Virus record (IMG/VR): IMGVR_UViG_3300007504_000006
Location: 1 to 64,000 of that record
Reading direction: 5' to 3' (one strand)
From: a virus
Length of the DNA stretch: 64,000 nt
Part shown: piece by piece, positions 46,002-56,094 of the stretch
How the letters are laid out: every line of letters starts with the position of its first letter
How positions within the stretch are numbered: position 1 is the first letter of the stretch
Translations under genes and position numbers: made by a program
Notes under the pieces: model-generated
Seen by the model: only the letters and a program-made list of their open reading frames with translations
What the model was told of the DNA's origin: nothing
Database searches by the model: none

Positions 46002-48563
46002 ATGGCATCTATACAACTTCCAGGCGTAGGCTCAGTAGAAATACCTGATTTTGCTACAGATTACACATTACAACAAGTATTAAATGTTCTTTCTAGTCAA
46101 GAAGCAGAACGTATCCAGGCCTTAGGAGAAATTAACCAAACACTTGTTACAGGATCAAATGTAAGTAGAGCTCAATTAGCTAGAGATACAGAGACAGCAT
46201 CTAATACTGGAAGAATGTCTCGAATGCAGGCAGTCCAACATAGAACCAATCTTCAGACATTAAATCAAATGAAAGCTCAGCATAAAGAAATGTTATCTGC
46301 TCAAAAAAGAGCATCTGGGGCTTTCGCTCAACAAATGCCACAAATTATGAGAATGGCTGGTTCAATGATATCAGGAAAAGGTATTAGTGATGCATTAAGT
46401 ATGATGCCAGGTGGCCTTGGCCAAGGGATAGCATTAGCAACAAAAGTTGTAGGAGAATTTGCCGATTCTCAACGCAGATTAACAGATGTAGGTATGGGAT
46501 TAGGAACATCTATTATTAATACAGGAGAAGCAATTAGTAGTTTTAATGTGCCATTAAGTGAATTAGAACGAATTGCAGGATCAAATGCAGTAACTTTAAA
46601 TTACCTTAATGATACTACTATGGATATGACAAAGGCACATAAGGACTTATTAGATCAAGGAGTCAGACCTGGTGTTTTTGCATTTGGATTAATATCGAAA
46701 ACAGCAAGAGATAGCATGAAAGAATTTGGTAATTTTGGATTTACAGTAACAGAAGTAAATTCTTTCTTAGCAGAATATTTAGAAACTGATCGAAAACGAG
46801 GAGTATTAGCACAGAACTCTGCTGTAAATTTAGCCGCAAATTTTAAAGCACTAGCCCAAGAAACTGCCGCCTATGCTTACGATACAGGTAGAAATCGCAA
46901 AGATTTAATGAAAGCCCAAATAGAAAATTTAAATCGTACTGATGCATCAACGTATGCTATGATGCTTAGAATGAAAGGCGAAGAAGGTGCGGCAGAAACA
47001 TTTGAAAAGAATTTAGCATTAATTACAAATGAAATGAAATCTCGATATGGAGAAAATGCAGATTCGATGATTGATGCATGGATACAAGCTCAAACACAAG
47101 GTAGAGGTCTAGAAGCAACAGAAGCAGGTGCAGAATTTATGGCTATGTTAGGACCAGCAGGTGCTGTTTTAGATCAAATGGCAAGATCTGGAGAAGCAAT
47201 AGACCCTGCAATGTTTGGTAAATTTCATAAAGCATTAGAACAATCAGTAAAATCATATGACACTCAAAATTTTCAATTATTAGCAACTCAACATGAATCT
47301 TTACAAACAGCAGGTCGTATGTTATCTGAAGCTAGAACTACTACTGCCGAATCTCGACATCAAGCAAAATTACGATTGAAAGAAGGAGCCCAATTATTAA
47401 AAGCAAATGAAGCAGTAGTTACAGTAACAACAGATTTACAACAAGGAATGTTAAGAGTAACTAATGCAATGGTTGGAGAGGGAGGGGCCCTTCAACCTGC
47501 ACTTAAAAAAGCAATTGAATCAGTTGGACAATTTACAACTGCAATAGGGCAAGCGGCAAAAGGTGAAGGATTAGCCGCTTCGGCTACTATCGGAAAAATG
47601 TTATTGGACAATCCTTGGCAATTTTTGGCGATGGGAGCAGGTGCTTCAATGCTACCTAATGTTAATAAAATGTTTCCACAATCAGGAACATCTATGGCAA
47701 ACCAAAATAAATTTGCTAGTAGTTTGGCTATGTCACAATTAGGTTCCGCAACGGTTGGTCAAGGAAATAAAGTATTAAGAGGAGGACAAACATATGAGCT
47801 AAAGAACAATATATTTACAGATCCTAATTCCGGTTTGGACTACAAATATGATCCCAAAACTGGAAAATTTACACCAACTAAAGGAGCCATAAAATCTATT
47901 ACAGGTGGAACTGCGAGTAAAGCCATAACAGGAATGAAAGGTGGTACATTATCAGGTATATTTTCCATTGGAATAGCAATGATGGAAGGTTATGAAGAAT
48001 TACAAAGATCAGAATCAGAATTTAATGCACAATGGGGTGGTGCTGACGTAAATAAAGATTCGCAAGAATATAAAGATGCGGTCGCATTAAGAGATAAAAG
48101 AAGAAAAGATATTGCAATTAAAACTTTAGGAAAAGGTGGCGGCGGTATGGGCGGTTCTATGTTGATGGGTGGCCTTGTAGGAATGCTAGGTGGCGGACCA
48201 TTAATGTCGATATTAGGAACTGCACTCGGTGGTTATTATGGTTACAAATGGGGTGGCGAAGCGGCAGAACAAGTAACTGGTAGAGAAGATATTTTTACTA
48301 CAATGCAAGAAAGTATGGGCGAACATGGTAACGAATATACGCAAGGTCAAAAATTAGCACAAGAACAACAAAAAATTATAAACATGGAAAAAGCCAAAAC
48401 AGATCCTCAATATTTAGAATTAACAAAAATACAAAAATTATTAGTAGATCATGGAACAAAATTAGATGTAATTGCTGGTGCATCAGCATCTACCGCTATA
48501 GAAACAACAAAGATAACCAGAACACAAAGCCCGGCTATAGGCCCTCCTGGGAGAAATTATTAA
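46002..48563 (+). CDS. tape measure-like protein (about 853 aa)
   Basis: Long Ala/Gln/Met-rich helical protein with a Gly-rich hydrophobic C-terminal part; adjacent to the gp26-like gene; ATG at 46002 (MASIQLPG) preferred. Confidence 0.6.
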   Translation: MASIQLPGVGSVEIPDFATDYTLQQVLNVLSSQEAERIQALGEINQTLVTGSNVSRAQLARDTETASNTGRMSRMQAVQHRTNLQTLNQMKAQHKEMLSAQKRASGAFAQQMPQIMRMAGSMISGKGISDALSMMPGGLGQGIALATKVVGEFADSQRRLTDVGMGLGTSIINTGEAISSFNVPLSELERIAGSNAVTLNYLNDTTMDMTKAHKDLLDQGVRPGVFAFGLISKTARDSMKEFGNFGFTVTEVNSFLAEYLETDRKRGVLAQNSAVNLAANFKALAQETAAYAYDTGRNRKDLMKAQIENLNRTDASTYAMMLRMKGEEGAAETFEKNLALITNEMKSRYGENADSMIDAWIQAQTQGRGLEATEAGAEFMAMLGPAGAVLDQMARSGEAIDPAMFGKFHKALEQSVKSYDTQNFQLLATQHESLQTAGRMLSEARTTTAESRHQAKLRLKEGAQLLKANEAVVTVTTDLQQGMLRVTNAMVGEGGALQPALKKAIESVGQFTTAIGQAAKGEGLAASATIGKMLLDNPWQFLAMGAGASMLPNVNKMFPQSGTSMANQNKFASSLAMSQLGSATVGQGNKVLRGGQTYELKNNIFTDPNSGLDYKYDPKTGKFTPTKGAIKSITGGTASKAITGMKGGTLSGIFSIGIAMMEGYEELQRSESEFNAQWGGADVNKDSQEYKDAVALRDKRRKDIAIKTLGKGGGGMGGSMLMGGLVGMLGGGPLMSILGTALGGYYGYKWGGEAAEQVTGREDIFTTMQESMGEHGNEYTQGQKLAQEQQKIINMEKAKTDPQYLELTKIQKLLVDHGTKLDVIAGASASTAIETTKITRTQSPAIGPPGRNY

Positions 48564-48567
48564 ATGG

Positions 48568-48603
48568 TTGACAAAACACATATAAGAGCATATAATATAA
48601 ATA
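48568..48603 (+). promoter_or_regulatory. composite sigma70 promoter and overlapping late box upstream of the portal gene
   Basis: TTGACA (48568-73), 17 nt, TATAAT (48591-96), overlapped by TATAAATA (48596-48603). Confidence 0.7.
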
Positions 48604-48620
48604 TTACTATAGGATAATAT

Positions 48621-50330
48621 ATGAGCTGGAAAAAACATTTTACAGTATACCAATTCGGTAATACTAAAAAAGTAGGACAATCACATACAAGTGCAAGTAA
48701 ATTTGGTTCTTGGTTACCTGAAGTTTATACAGGACAACCTAATAGAATTGAACGTTATGTTCAATACGACCAAATGGATATAGATTCTGAAGTTAATGCG
48801 GCTTTAGATACTATTGCTGAATTTTCGACACAATTTGTAGATAAAACAAATATACCATTTGAAGTCGAATGGAAAGAAGATTCAACAGAAACTGAAGTAG
48901 CATTATTAGAAAAAGCATTAGAACAATGGAATAATCTAAACGATTGGGATAAACGTATTTGGAGAATATTTAGAAATACATGTAAATATGGAGACCAATT
49001 TTTTATTAGAGACCCGGAAACATATGAATGGAATTGGGTTAATCCAATGGATGTTACAAAAGTAGTTATTAATGAGGCAAAAGGTAAAGAACCAGAACAA
49101 TATATTGTTCGCAATTTAGCATTAAATTTACAAGAAAAAACAGCATCAAATATTATTCCGCATAGTGATCAATTTGCATCAGTTACCGCTATGCAACGAG
49201 GTGGTATTATTGACCGAGGAGCATATGGTACAGGTAGTGGTCATAGTCAAAGCGGATATGGTGGCGGAGAACAAGAAGAATACGGAGTTGACGCAAATCA
49301 TATGGTGCATTTAGGAATGACAGAAGGCATGGATATTAATTGGCCTTTTGGTCAAAGCATTCTTGATCCGGTGTTTAAAACGTACAAGCAAAAAGAATTA
49401 CTAGAAGATTCTATTATAATTTATAGAGTACAGCGAGCTCCAGAACGTAGAGTATTTTACATAGATGTGGGAAACATGCCATCACACAAAGCAATGGGAT
49501 TTGTAGAGCGTGTGAAAAATGAAATTCACCAACGTAGAATACCAAATAAAACTGGAGGAGGCACAACAATCATGGATGCTAGTTACAATCCTCTTTCAAT
49601 AATGGAAGATTACTTTTTTGCACAAACAGCAGAGGGAAGAGGATCTAAAGTTGAAGTATTACCTGGAGGTGAGAATTTAGGGCAGATAGATGATTTAAGG
49701 TATTTTACAAATAAAATTTTAAGAGCGTTAAGAGTACCTAGTTCTTACCTCCCAACAGGTCCAGATGATGGAACTTCAAGTTATGTTGACGGACGAGTAG
49801 GTACTGCATTTATTCAAGAATATAGATTTACAAAATATTGTCAACGTATACAAGCATTATTAGGACCTACATTTGACAAAGAATTTAAACTCTTTTTAAA
49901 ATGGAAAGGTATTAATATTGATTCAGGTACGTTTGAACTTAGATTTACGGATCCGCAGAGCTTTAGTCAATATAGAGAAGTAGAAGTTGATCAAGCTAGA
50001 TCAGCAGTATTCAGTGGACTTGCAGAAGCACCATATATGTCTAAGCGTTTTGCATTAAAGAAATACCTAGGACTTTCAGAAGATGAAATAGTAGAAAATG
50101 AGCAAATGTGGAGACAAGAAAATGGTGAGCAAGATACACAATTAGATCCTGAAAGTGATATGAGCGGATTAGGAGCAGTAGGAGTTCAACCTATGGATCC
50201 AAATATGATGCAACCTATGGAAGCCGAACCACTGCCAGGAGCAGAGGATCCAATGGATCCTGCAGGAGCAGAAGGATCGGCATCACCTATTACCGGCGAC
50301 GAACTACCAGATGCACCAGGAGCAGTATAA
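48621..50330 (+). CDS. gp20: portal protein, gp20-like
   Basis: LEDSIIIYRVQRAPERRVFYIDVGNMP, EDYFF, LPGGENLGQIDDLRYF...L.VP.SY. Confidence 0.95.
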   Translation: MSWKKHFTVYQFGNTKKVGQSHTSASKFGSWLPEVYTGQPNRIERYVQYDQMDIDSEVNAALDTIAEFSTQFVDKTNIPFEVEWKEDSTETEVALLEKALEQWNNLNDWDKRIWRIFRNTCKYGDQFFIRDPETYEWNWVNPMDVTKVVINEAKGKEPEQYIVRNLALNLQEKTASNIIPHSDQFASVTAMQRGGIIDRGAYGTGSGHSQSGYGGGEQEEYGVDANHMVHLGMTEGMDINWPFGQSILDPVFKTYKQKELLEDSIIIYRVQRAPERRVFYIDVGNMPSHKAMGFVERVKNEIHQRRIPNKTGGGTTIMDASYNPLSIMEDYFFAQTAEGRGSKVEVLPGGENLGQIDDLRYFTNKILRALRVPSSYLPTGPDDGTSSYVDGRVGTAFIQEYRFTKYCQRIQALLGPTFDKEFKLFLKWKGINIDSGTFELRFTDPQSFSQYREVEVDQARSAVFSGLAEAPYMSKRFALKKYLGLSEDEIVENEQMWRQENGEQDTQLDPESDMSGLGAVGVQPMDPNMMQPMEAEPLPGAEDPMDPAGAEGSASPITGDELPDAPGAV

Positions 50331-50590
50331 TGAAAGATTATGTAGAAATGATGAAAGAATTTAGACAATTATCTGAAGCACCAAAATCAGATAATGTAGG
50401 TACACAATACGAAGAAATTGACGATCAATCAAAATATGAATATGACGACAGTCGGCGCCCTCGATTAACACTTACACATTTGAACAAATTGAAAAAAATG
50501 CGTAAGTTAAAAAAGTTAGATCTTGATAAAAGATACAAATTTTTTAAAGAAATTTACGGAATCCCACCAGCACCTCCTCCAACGATGTAA
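50330..50590 (+). CDS. small prohead core-region protein
   Basis: 86 aa between the portal and core genes; RRPRLTL.HLNKLKKM. Confidence 0.6.
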   Translation: MKDYVEMMKEFRQLSEAPKSDNVGTQYEEIDDQSKYEYDDSRRPRLTLTHLNKLKKMRKLKKLDLDKRYKFFKEIYGIPPAPPPTM

Positions 50591-50692
50591 TTTTTTTCCA
50601 AAAAAGGCGATTTTTAGACCTTTTTCTAAGCTATTTCTCTCTCGAATTGTAAATATTAATAGTTTCAAAACGCTTTCTTTAGGAGTAATTAT

Positions 50693-51568
50693 ATGACCAC
50701 GAGAGAAAAACTTGAAAAGGTCCTCGAATTTATCATAAACGAGGAAAATGAAAAGGCCAGCGACCTCCTTCATGATGTATTTGTGGAAAAGGCTCGAGGC
50801 ATTTACGAAGAGATTGCAACCGAAGACGAAGATCTTGAGGAAGCAACAGAAGAAGAAGTCGAGGAAGCAAAATCCGACGACGACAAAGAAGATAAAGAAC
50901 AAGTAGACGAAGCAGACATTCAAGATCAATTTGCAGACGAAGTCGAAACCGACAGCGAAATGATTGATCAAGAAGAAGTAGCAGAAGAAGATCCAATAGG
51001 TGACGAAATGCCTATGGATGATGAAATGGGTGACGCAGAAGGCGAAGATCCTGTTGAAGATGCTTTTATGAATGTTGAAGATGCTTTAGACGAACTTAAA
51101 GCCGAATTTGCTCAACTAATGGGTGACGAAGAGCCAGTAGATATGGACGACGAAGCACCAGTAGATGATATGAGCGATATGGTTGACGCAGAAGAAGAAG
51201 ATCCATTAATGATGGGTGGAAACGACGAAGAACCAGTAGAAGAAGAACTTGATTACGAACAAGTTGGTGAAGGTGCAGTAAATGTTCCAGATCCAAATAT
51301 GAGCGAAACAGGTTTTGCAGCCGCTGGTGGATCTACCGGAGCAGTAGGTAACAAATCCCCTGTAGCAAGTAAAAATGATATGGGCGGAACCGCTGTTAAA
51401 GTTAATGATGGTTCTGAAGGCGATCATGGTGACAATGCTGTTAAAGAAGATAACGCAGGAAACGTAAATGTACCAGGCGGAAAAGCAGGAAAAGCACAAT
51501 CAAATGTAGCCGATCCAAAAAACAGTGAAGAAGCAAGTAATAAAAAATCACCAATAGATGGTTCGTAA
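50693..51568 (+). CDS. acidic prohead core protein (gp67-like position)
   Basis: Very D/E-rich; lies between gp20 and gp21; AGGAG RBS and TGTAAATA (50648-55) upstream. Confidence 0.65.
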   Translation: MTTREKLEKVLEFIINEENEKASDLLHDVFVEKARGIYEEIATEDEDLEEATEEEVEEAKSDDDKEDKEQVDEADIQDQFADEVETDSEMIDQEEVAEEDPIGDEMPMDDEMGDAEGEDPVEDAFMNVEDALDELKAEFAQLMGDEEPVDMDDEAPVDDMSDMVDAEEEDPLMMGGNDEEPVEEELDYEQVGEGAVNVPDPNMSETGFAAAGGSTGAVGNKSPVASKNDMGGTAVKVNDGSEGDHGDNAVKEDNAGNVNVPGGKAGKAQSNVADPKNSEEASNKKSPIDGS

Positions 51569-51579
51569 GGAAAAAATAA

Positions 51580-52209
51580 ATGGGCGTAACATTAGTAGAG
51601 AAATTAAGTTTTGATCAAGCTAATATACAAGTAGAATCCGTTGATGACAATGGAACAAAGAATCTCTTTATGAGAGGTGTCTTTATTCAAGGTGATGTTA
51701 AGAATCAAAATCAACGGGTTTACCCAATTAATGAAATTAATAAAGCGGTAAAATCGCTAAAAGAAAAAATAACCTCAGGGTTTTCGGTATTAGGAGAAGC
51801 CGACCATCCAGAAGATCTAACAGTTAATTTAGATCGTGTTTCTCATGTAATAACAGAAATGGATATGCATGGAGCAGATGGAGTAGGAAAACTTAAAATT
51901 TTACCAACGCCTATGGGGAATCTAGTTAAAACACTATTAGAGAGTGGTGTTAAACTAGGTGTTAGTTCAAGGGGATCAGGAAATGTCAGTGAAGGTGGAA
52001 AGGTCTCCGATTTTGAAATTGTGACAGTTGATATTGTCGCACAACCGAGTGCCCCTAACGCTTACCCGGATCCAATTTACGAGAAGCTGGAAAATTACAA
52101 AAAAGGCGGATCATTGTTGGAATTAGCTGAAGCAGTTAGGTATGATAAAAAGGCACAAAAGCACCTTACTAAAGGGATCACTACATTTATTAGTGATCTT
52201 AAATTTTAG
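51580..52209 (+). CDS. gp21: prohead protease, gp21-like
   Basis: GVFIQ...NQNQRVYP, GEADHP, VSH, GVSSRGSG, DIVAQPSAP.A. Confidence 0.95.
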   Translation: MGVTLVEKLSFDQANIQVESVDDNGTKNLFMRGVFIQGDVKNQNQRVYPINEINKAVKSLKEKITSGFSVLGEADHPEDLTVNLDRVSHVITEMDMHGADGVGKLKILPTPMGNLVKTLLESGVKLGVSSRGSGNVSEGGKVSDFEIVTVDIVAQPSAPNAYPDPIYEKLENYKKGGSLLELAEAVRYDKKAQKHLTKGITTFISDLKF

Positions 52210-52220
52210 GAGAATTTAAT

Positions 52221-53357
52221 ATGGCAGACGCTTTTGAAGAACTATTAGGTGGAGACGTCCTGTCGGAAGATGTTAAAACTTCATTAACAGAGGCTTGGGA
52301 AGCAAAACTTTCCGAGGCTCGTGAGCAGATTACTAATGAAATCCGCGAAGAATTTGCAACTCGTTATACAAACGACAAGACGCAAATTGTTGAAGCAATG
52401 GATAATATGTTGACTGATGCTATTAAGCAAGAAGTCGAAGAATTTGCTCATGATAAAGGTGCATTAGTTGAGGCACGAGTTCAGTACAAACAAAAAATGC
52501 AAGAACACGCAGAAGTATTGGACAAGTTCTTAATGGATGCTCTTAAGAAGGAAATAACTGAACTTCGAGAGGATAGAAACACCCAAGGCGAAAACTTTAA
52601 AAAATTAGAAGGTTTTGTCTTGAAACAGTTAACAAAAGAGTTGAATGAATTCCATAGCGATAAACAGGCTGTAGTAGAACAGAAGGTTAAACTCGTTACG
52701 GAAGGAAAACAACTTTTACGTAACACAAAAGCTAATTTTGTCAAGAAGGCCGCAGAAAAAGTAGAAAACATTGTTGAAAGTACACTTCGAGGAGAGATTG
52801 GTGCTTTGAAAGAAGATATCAAATCAGCCCGAGAAAATTCTTTCGGAAGAAAGATGTTTGAAGCATTTGCGGCAGAATTTATGACAAGTCACTTAGCTGA
52901 AGGGACAGAAGTTAAAAAACTGTCTCACAAACTTAAAGAGCTAGAGGGACAACTTGAAGAGGCTAACGTACAAATTTCGTCAAAACAAGTAGAAATTTCC
53001 GAAGCTCAAAAACAGGCTCGTATTGCAGAAGGTAAGCAAGAACGAGATAAAACTTTATCAGAATTGTTGACACCTCTTTCTAGAGATAAGAAAGAGATTA
53101 TGGAAGATCTGTTATCTACAGTACAAACAGAAAATCTTAAAAAACAGTATGAGAAATACTTACCAACAGTTCTTAATGAAAATGTTAAAAAAGAAGCAAA
53201 AAGTACCGCTTCTAAAAAGACATTAAAAGAAAATGTACAGCCAAAAGCTAGAACACAGAAAACTGTGATAACAGGTAATAAACCAGTTCATGTATCGCCG
53301 GAAACGACTGATGCACAGGCTGAGATTATTAACCTTAGAAAACTAGCAGGAATATAA
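52221..53357 (+). CDS. gp22: prohead scaffold/core protein, gp22-like
   Basis: Long charged coiled coil between gp21 and gp23. Confidence 0.8.
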   Translation: MADAFEELLGGDVLSEDVKTSLTEAWEAKLSEAREQITNEIREEFATRYTNDKTQIVEAMDNMLTDAIKQEVEEFAHDKGALVEARVQYKQKMQEHAEVLDKFLMDALKKEITELREDRNTQGENFKKLEGFVLKQLTKELNEFHSDKQAVVEQKVKLVTEGKQLLRNTKANFVKKAAEKVENIVESTLRGEIGALKEDIKSARENSFGRKMFEAFAAEFMTSHLAEGTEVKKLSHKLKELEGQLEEANVQISSKQVEISEAQKQARIAEGKQERDKTLSELLTPLSRDKKEIMEDLLSTVQTENLKKQYEKYLPTVLNENVKKEAKSTASKKTLKENVQPKARTQKTVITGNKPVHVSPETTDAQAEIINLRKLAGI

Positions 53358-53376
53358 TTTTTAAGGAGAATTAATT

Positions 53377-54546
53377 ATGGCAGACGCACTATTTGAGTCC
53401 AACTGGCAACCAACTAAGGACGCTCTGTGCGAAGGACTAGAAGGCAACAAAAGAACAGTAATGGAAACCACATTAGAAAATACACGTCAAGCACTGATGG
53501 AGACAGCAGGAGCAGGCGCAACTAATGCAGGTAACGTTGCAACGTTAAACAAAGTTATCCTTCCTGTTATCAGAAGGGTAATGCCTACTGTTATCGCAAA
53601 CGAGCTAATTGGTGTACAGCCAATGACTGGTCCAGTAGGACAAATTCATACTCTGCGTGTAAGATATGCAGATACAGATAATGGAGCAACCGCGGGTGAA
53701 GAAGCATTGAGCCCATTTAAGATTGCTAATTCATATTCTGGAGCACCAGGAACAAGTGCCGCTCCGAGCGCCACAGGCGTTATGGAGGGGATTCCCGGTA
53801 ATAAAATGTCAATCCAAATCTTGAAGCAAACAGTTGAAGCGAAGACTCGCAGACTGTCCGCTCGTTGGACTTTTGAAGCATCTCAGGATGCCCAAAGCCA
53901 GCATGGTATTGATGTTGAGGCTGAAGTTATGGCCGCTCTTGCACAAGAGATTACTACAGAAATCGATCAAGAAATTATCGGTTCTTTAACAACTTTATCA
54001 GGAACAGCAGTTGACACATATGACCAATCCGCTGTTTCGGGTACAGCAACTTTTGTTGGTGACGAACACGCCGCATTAGCAGTTCTGGTAAATAGAGCCG
54101 CTAATATTATCGCCGCACGTACACGTCGTGGCGCAGGTAACTGGGTAGTTGTTAGTCCATTAGCACTGACAATCCTTCAAAGTGCAACAACTTCTGCGTT
54201 CGCAAGAACAACTGAAGGTACTTTTGAAGCACCAACTAACACAAAATTTGTTGGAACTTTAAATAGTTCAGTTCGTGTTTATGTAAATCAGTATGCCGCT
54301 GATAGCGCCGCAGTACTGGTTGGTTATAAGGGCCCAGGTGAAATGGATGCCGCAAGTTTTTATTGCCCATACATTCCGCTGATGAGCTCCGGGGTTGTAC
54401 TTGATCCTAGTTCATTCGAACCAGTCGTTTCCTTTATGACACGATATGGTTATGTTGAGCTTTCGAACCAAGCTTCATCCTTGGGTAACGCCGCTGACTA
54501 CTTGGCAAATATTGCCGTTACTAACGCAAACGTTAAGTTTCAGTAA
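53377..54546 (+). CDS. gp23: major capsid protein, gp23-like (389 aa)
   Basis: RRVMP...ANELIGVQPMTGPVGQI, V.AKTRRL.ARWT.E..QD..S.HG, EIDQEII, FYCPYIPL, FMTRYG. Confidence 0.96.
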   Translation: MADALFESNWQPTKDALCEGLEGNKRTVMETTLENTRQALMETAGAGATNAGNVATLNKVILPVIRRVMPTVIANELIGVQPMTGPVGQIHTLRVRYADTDNGATAGEEALSPFKIANSYSGAPGTSAAPSATGVMEGIPGNKMSIQILKQTVEAKTRRLSARWTFEASQDAQSQHGIDVEAEVMAALAQEITTEIDQEIIGSLTTLSGTAVDTYDQSAVSGTATFVGDEHAALAVLVNRAANIIAARTRRGAGNWVVVSPLALTILQSATTSAFARTTEGTFEAPTNTKFVGTLNSSVRVYVNQYAADSAAVLVGYKGPGEMDAASFYCPYIPLMSSGVVLDPSSFEPVVSFMTRYGYVELSNQASSLGNAADYLANIAVTNANVKFQ

Positions 54547-54570
54547 ACCGTTACTTTATTGGTTACAAAA

Positions 54571-54599
54571 GGGTATATTTTCGGATATACCCTTTTTTT
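54571..54599 (+). terminator. intrinsic terminator after the capsid gene
   Basis: GGGTATATT-TTCG-GATATACCC followed by T7; A-tract on the 5' side. Confidence 0.88.
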
Positions 54600-54601
54600 A
54601 T

Positions 54602-54677
54602 GATAAATATTATTGCCCGAAAGGGTTTATGGGGTACACCCACCCCGTAGTTGGATAGAACCACAAAGGAGAAACAA
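54602..54677 (+). promoter_or_regulatory. late promoter-like box plus a structured GC-rich 5' leader
   Basis: GATAAATA, GCCC-GAAA-GGGT hairpin, TATGGGGT-ACACCC-ACCCCGTA hairpin, then the AAGGAG RBS. Confidence 0.55.
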
Positions 54678-55070
54678 ATGGGAAGACCTATTAATAAAAG
54701 ACACTTCGGTACCCCTGATTCGGGTCTCGATTTTAAATGTAGATATCATCATGGATCATTATCTGATGGTTGGATTGTTAAACAAGTTGGCTCAAAACGT
54801 TTTAAGTGTACAAATAAAGCCGGCAACGAAAAAATTTGTACTTTAGTCGACAAAGCACAAGGATCATTAGCAGAAGGCGAAATGACTATTAGTGTTAAAG
54901 ATAGTGCAGATAGTAATGCTATTAAGCGAGTAACAAAAATTACAGGTAGACGAGTTACATTATCAGGTGGAACTCAAATTCCTTGGGATTTTACTGGCAC
55001 AGGAGCAACTGTTGAAATGGAAGAAGCCGGAACTGACTCTGACAATACTGGCGGAGATAACTTCGAATAA
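54678..55070 (+). CDS. hypothetical virion protein directly downstream of the capsid gene
   Basis: MGRPINKRHFG..., WIVKQVGSKRF; strong RBS; own terminator. Confidence 0.7.
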   Translation: MGRPINKRHFGTPDSGLDFKCRYHHGSLSDGWIVKQVGSKRFKCTNKAGNEKICTLVDKAQGSLAEGEMTISVKDSADSNAIKRVTKITGRRVTLSGGTQIPWDFTGTGATVEMEEAGTDSDNTGGDNFE

Positions 55071-55079
55071 TCTATTCTA

Positions 55080-55112
55080 AAATGGGGCATCCTTTGCCCC
55101 ATTTCTCTTTTT
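55080..55112 (+). terminator. intrinsic terminator
   Basis: AAATGGGGCA-TCCTT-TGCCCCATTT followed by CTCTTTTT. Confidence 0.75.
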
Positions 55113-55138
55113 AATACCTTAATAAAATAAATTTCAAA

Positions 55139-55146
55139 GATAAATA
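55139..55146 (+). promoter_or_regulatory. late promoter-like box (GATAAATA)
   Basis: Intergenic, after a terminator and upstream of ORF 55172. Confidence 0.55.
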
Positions 55147-55171
55147 TTATTAATGGAGTGTAGGATGAATA

Positions 55172-55594
55172 ATGGCTTTAAAAACTACCAGTTTAATTTC
55201 AGAAGAATCAGTAACAGCATCAAATCTTAAAACAACAAATGCGGCTACAGCAGGTGATGCGGTAGCAACAGATGGTGCTGGAAATTTAGTTTTTAAAACA
55301 TTACATGGTGCACAACCAACTGTAACATATAAAAATGCAGATTTTACAATTACCGCTGGCGAAAATGTCCAAGTTGATACAAGAGCTAATCCTGTTAATA
55401 TAACTTTACCAGCAAATCCAAATGTAGGAGATGCGGTTAGGATATCTGATGGCGGAGGAAACTTTGCAAGTTTAAATGTTACAGTTTTACGCAATGGAAA
55501 TACTATTATGGATTTAGGAGATGATTTATTAGTAGATTATAATAACGCATCTTTTGGTTTATCTTATAATGGTTCCACTTGGAGAATATTTTAA
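55172..55594 (+). CDS. small fibre/baseplate-type protein with a gp34/gp9-like beta module
   Basis: VDT...V.ITLPA.P.VGD.V.I.D..G.F....VTV.RNG..I. Confidence 0.6.
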   Translation: MALKTTSLISEESVTASNLKTTNAATAGDAVATDGAGNLVFKTLHGAQPTVTYKNADFTITAGENVQVDTRANPVNITLPANPNVGDAVRISDGGGNFASLNVTVLRNGNTIMDLGDDLLVDYNNASFGLSYNGSTWRIF

Positions 55595-56034
55595 TGGCGA
55601 TTTATCTTTCAGATTATTTAAGTCCCTCTGCAGGTTCAGTTACAGGTGGAGGTCAAGTTAACACAATATCTGACGAATATGCTTATCATGCATTTAAACG
55701 AGATGCAGATGGCTTGCTAACTTATACTAAAGTAAAATTAAATGGAACAGAATCAATAGATCTTACTGATGATACAGGATTTGCATATAATGGTTTAGAA
55801 GATATGCTTGACGGTACATTAGACGATGGAACAACCCAAACTAATTCTCTTCCTGTAGGATATGAAGAAACAGGAAGAAATCAATGGGATACTAATATAG
55901 GTAATCGAAATCATGACCAATTTAGATTTGATAATTTAAAATTATTTTATTATTTAAATAGTGGTGGTAAGTTAGTAGCAAGGTATAAACAAGATTATGT
56001 TTATGTATCAACAGGTGGATCAACAGCAGTTTAA
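55594..56034 (+). CDS. hypothetical virion protein
   Basis: TAATG coupling to the previous gene; QFRFD..KLFYYLN..GKLVAR. Confidence 0.6.
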   Translation: MAIYLSDYLSPSAGSVTGGGQVNTISDEYAYHAFKRDADGLLTYTKVKLNGTESIDLTDDTGFAYNGLEDMLDGTLDDGTTQTNSLPVGYEETGRNQWDTNIGNRNHDQFRFDNLKLFYYLNSGGKLVARYKQDYVYVSTGGSTAV

Positions 56035-56059
56035 AGTATAATTTTAATGGAAATTTTTG

Positions 56060-56067
56060 AATAAATA
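56060..56067 (+). promoter_or_regulatory. late promoter-like box (AATAAATA)
   Basis: Intergenic, upstream of ORF 56095. Confidence 0.55.
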
Positions 56068-56094
56068 TATTAAATCATATAAGGGATCACACTA

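Noticed and set aside
50600-50626. Possible terminator AAAAAGG...CCTTTTT between head genes
   Set aside because: The stem is mostly A-T with a long loop; too weak to call.
39560-54546. Inteins or homing endonucleases in gp46, gp47, portal or capsid genes
   Set aside because: Lengths are normal and no splice-junction, LAGLIDADG, HNH or GIY-YIG motifs were seen.
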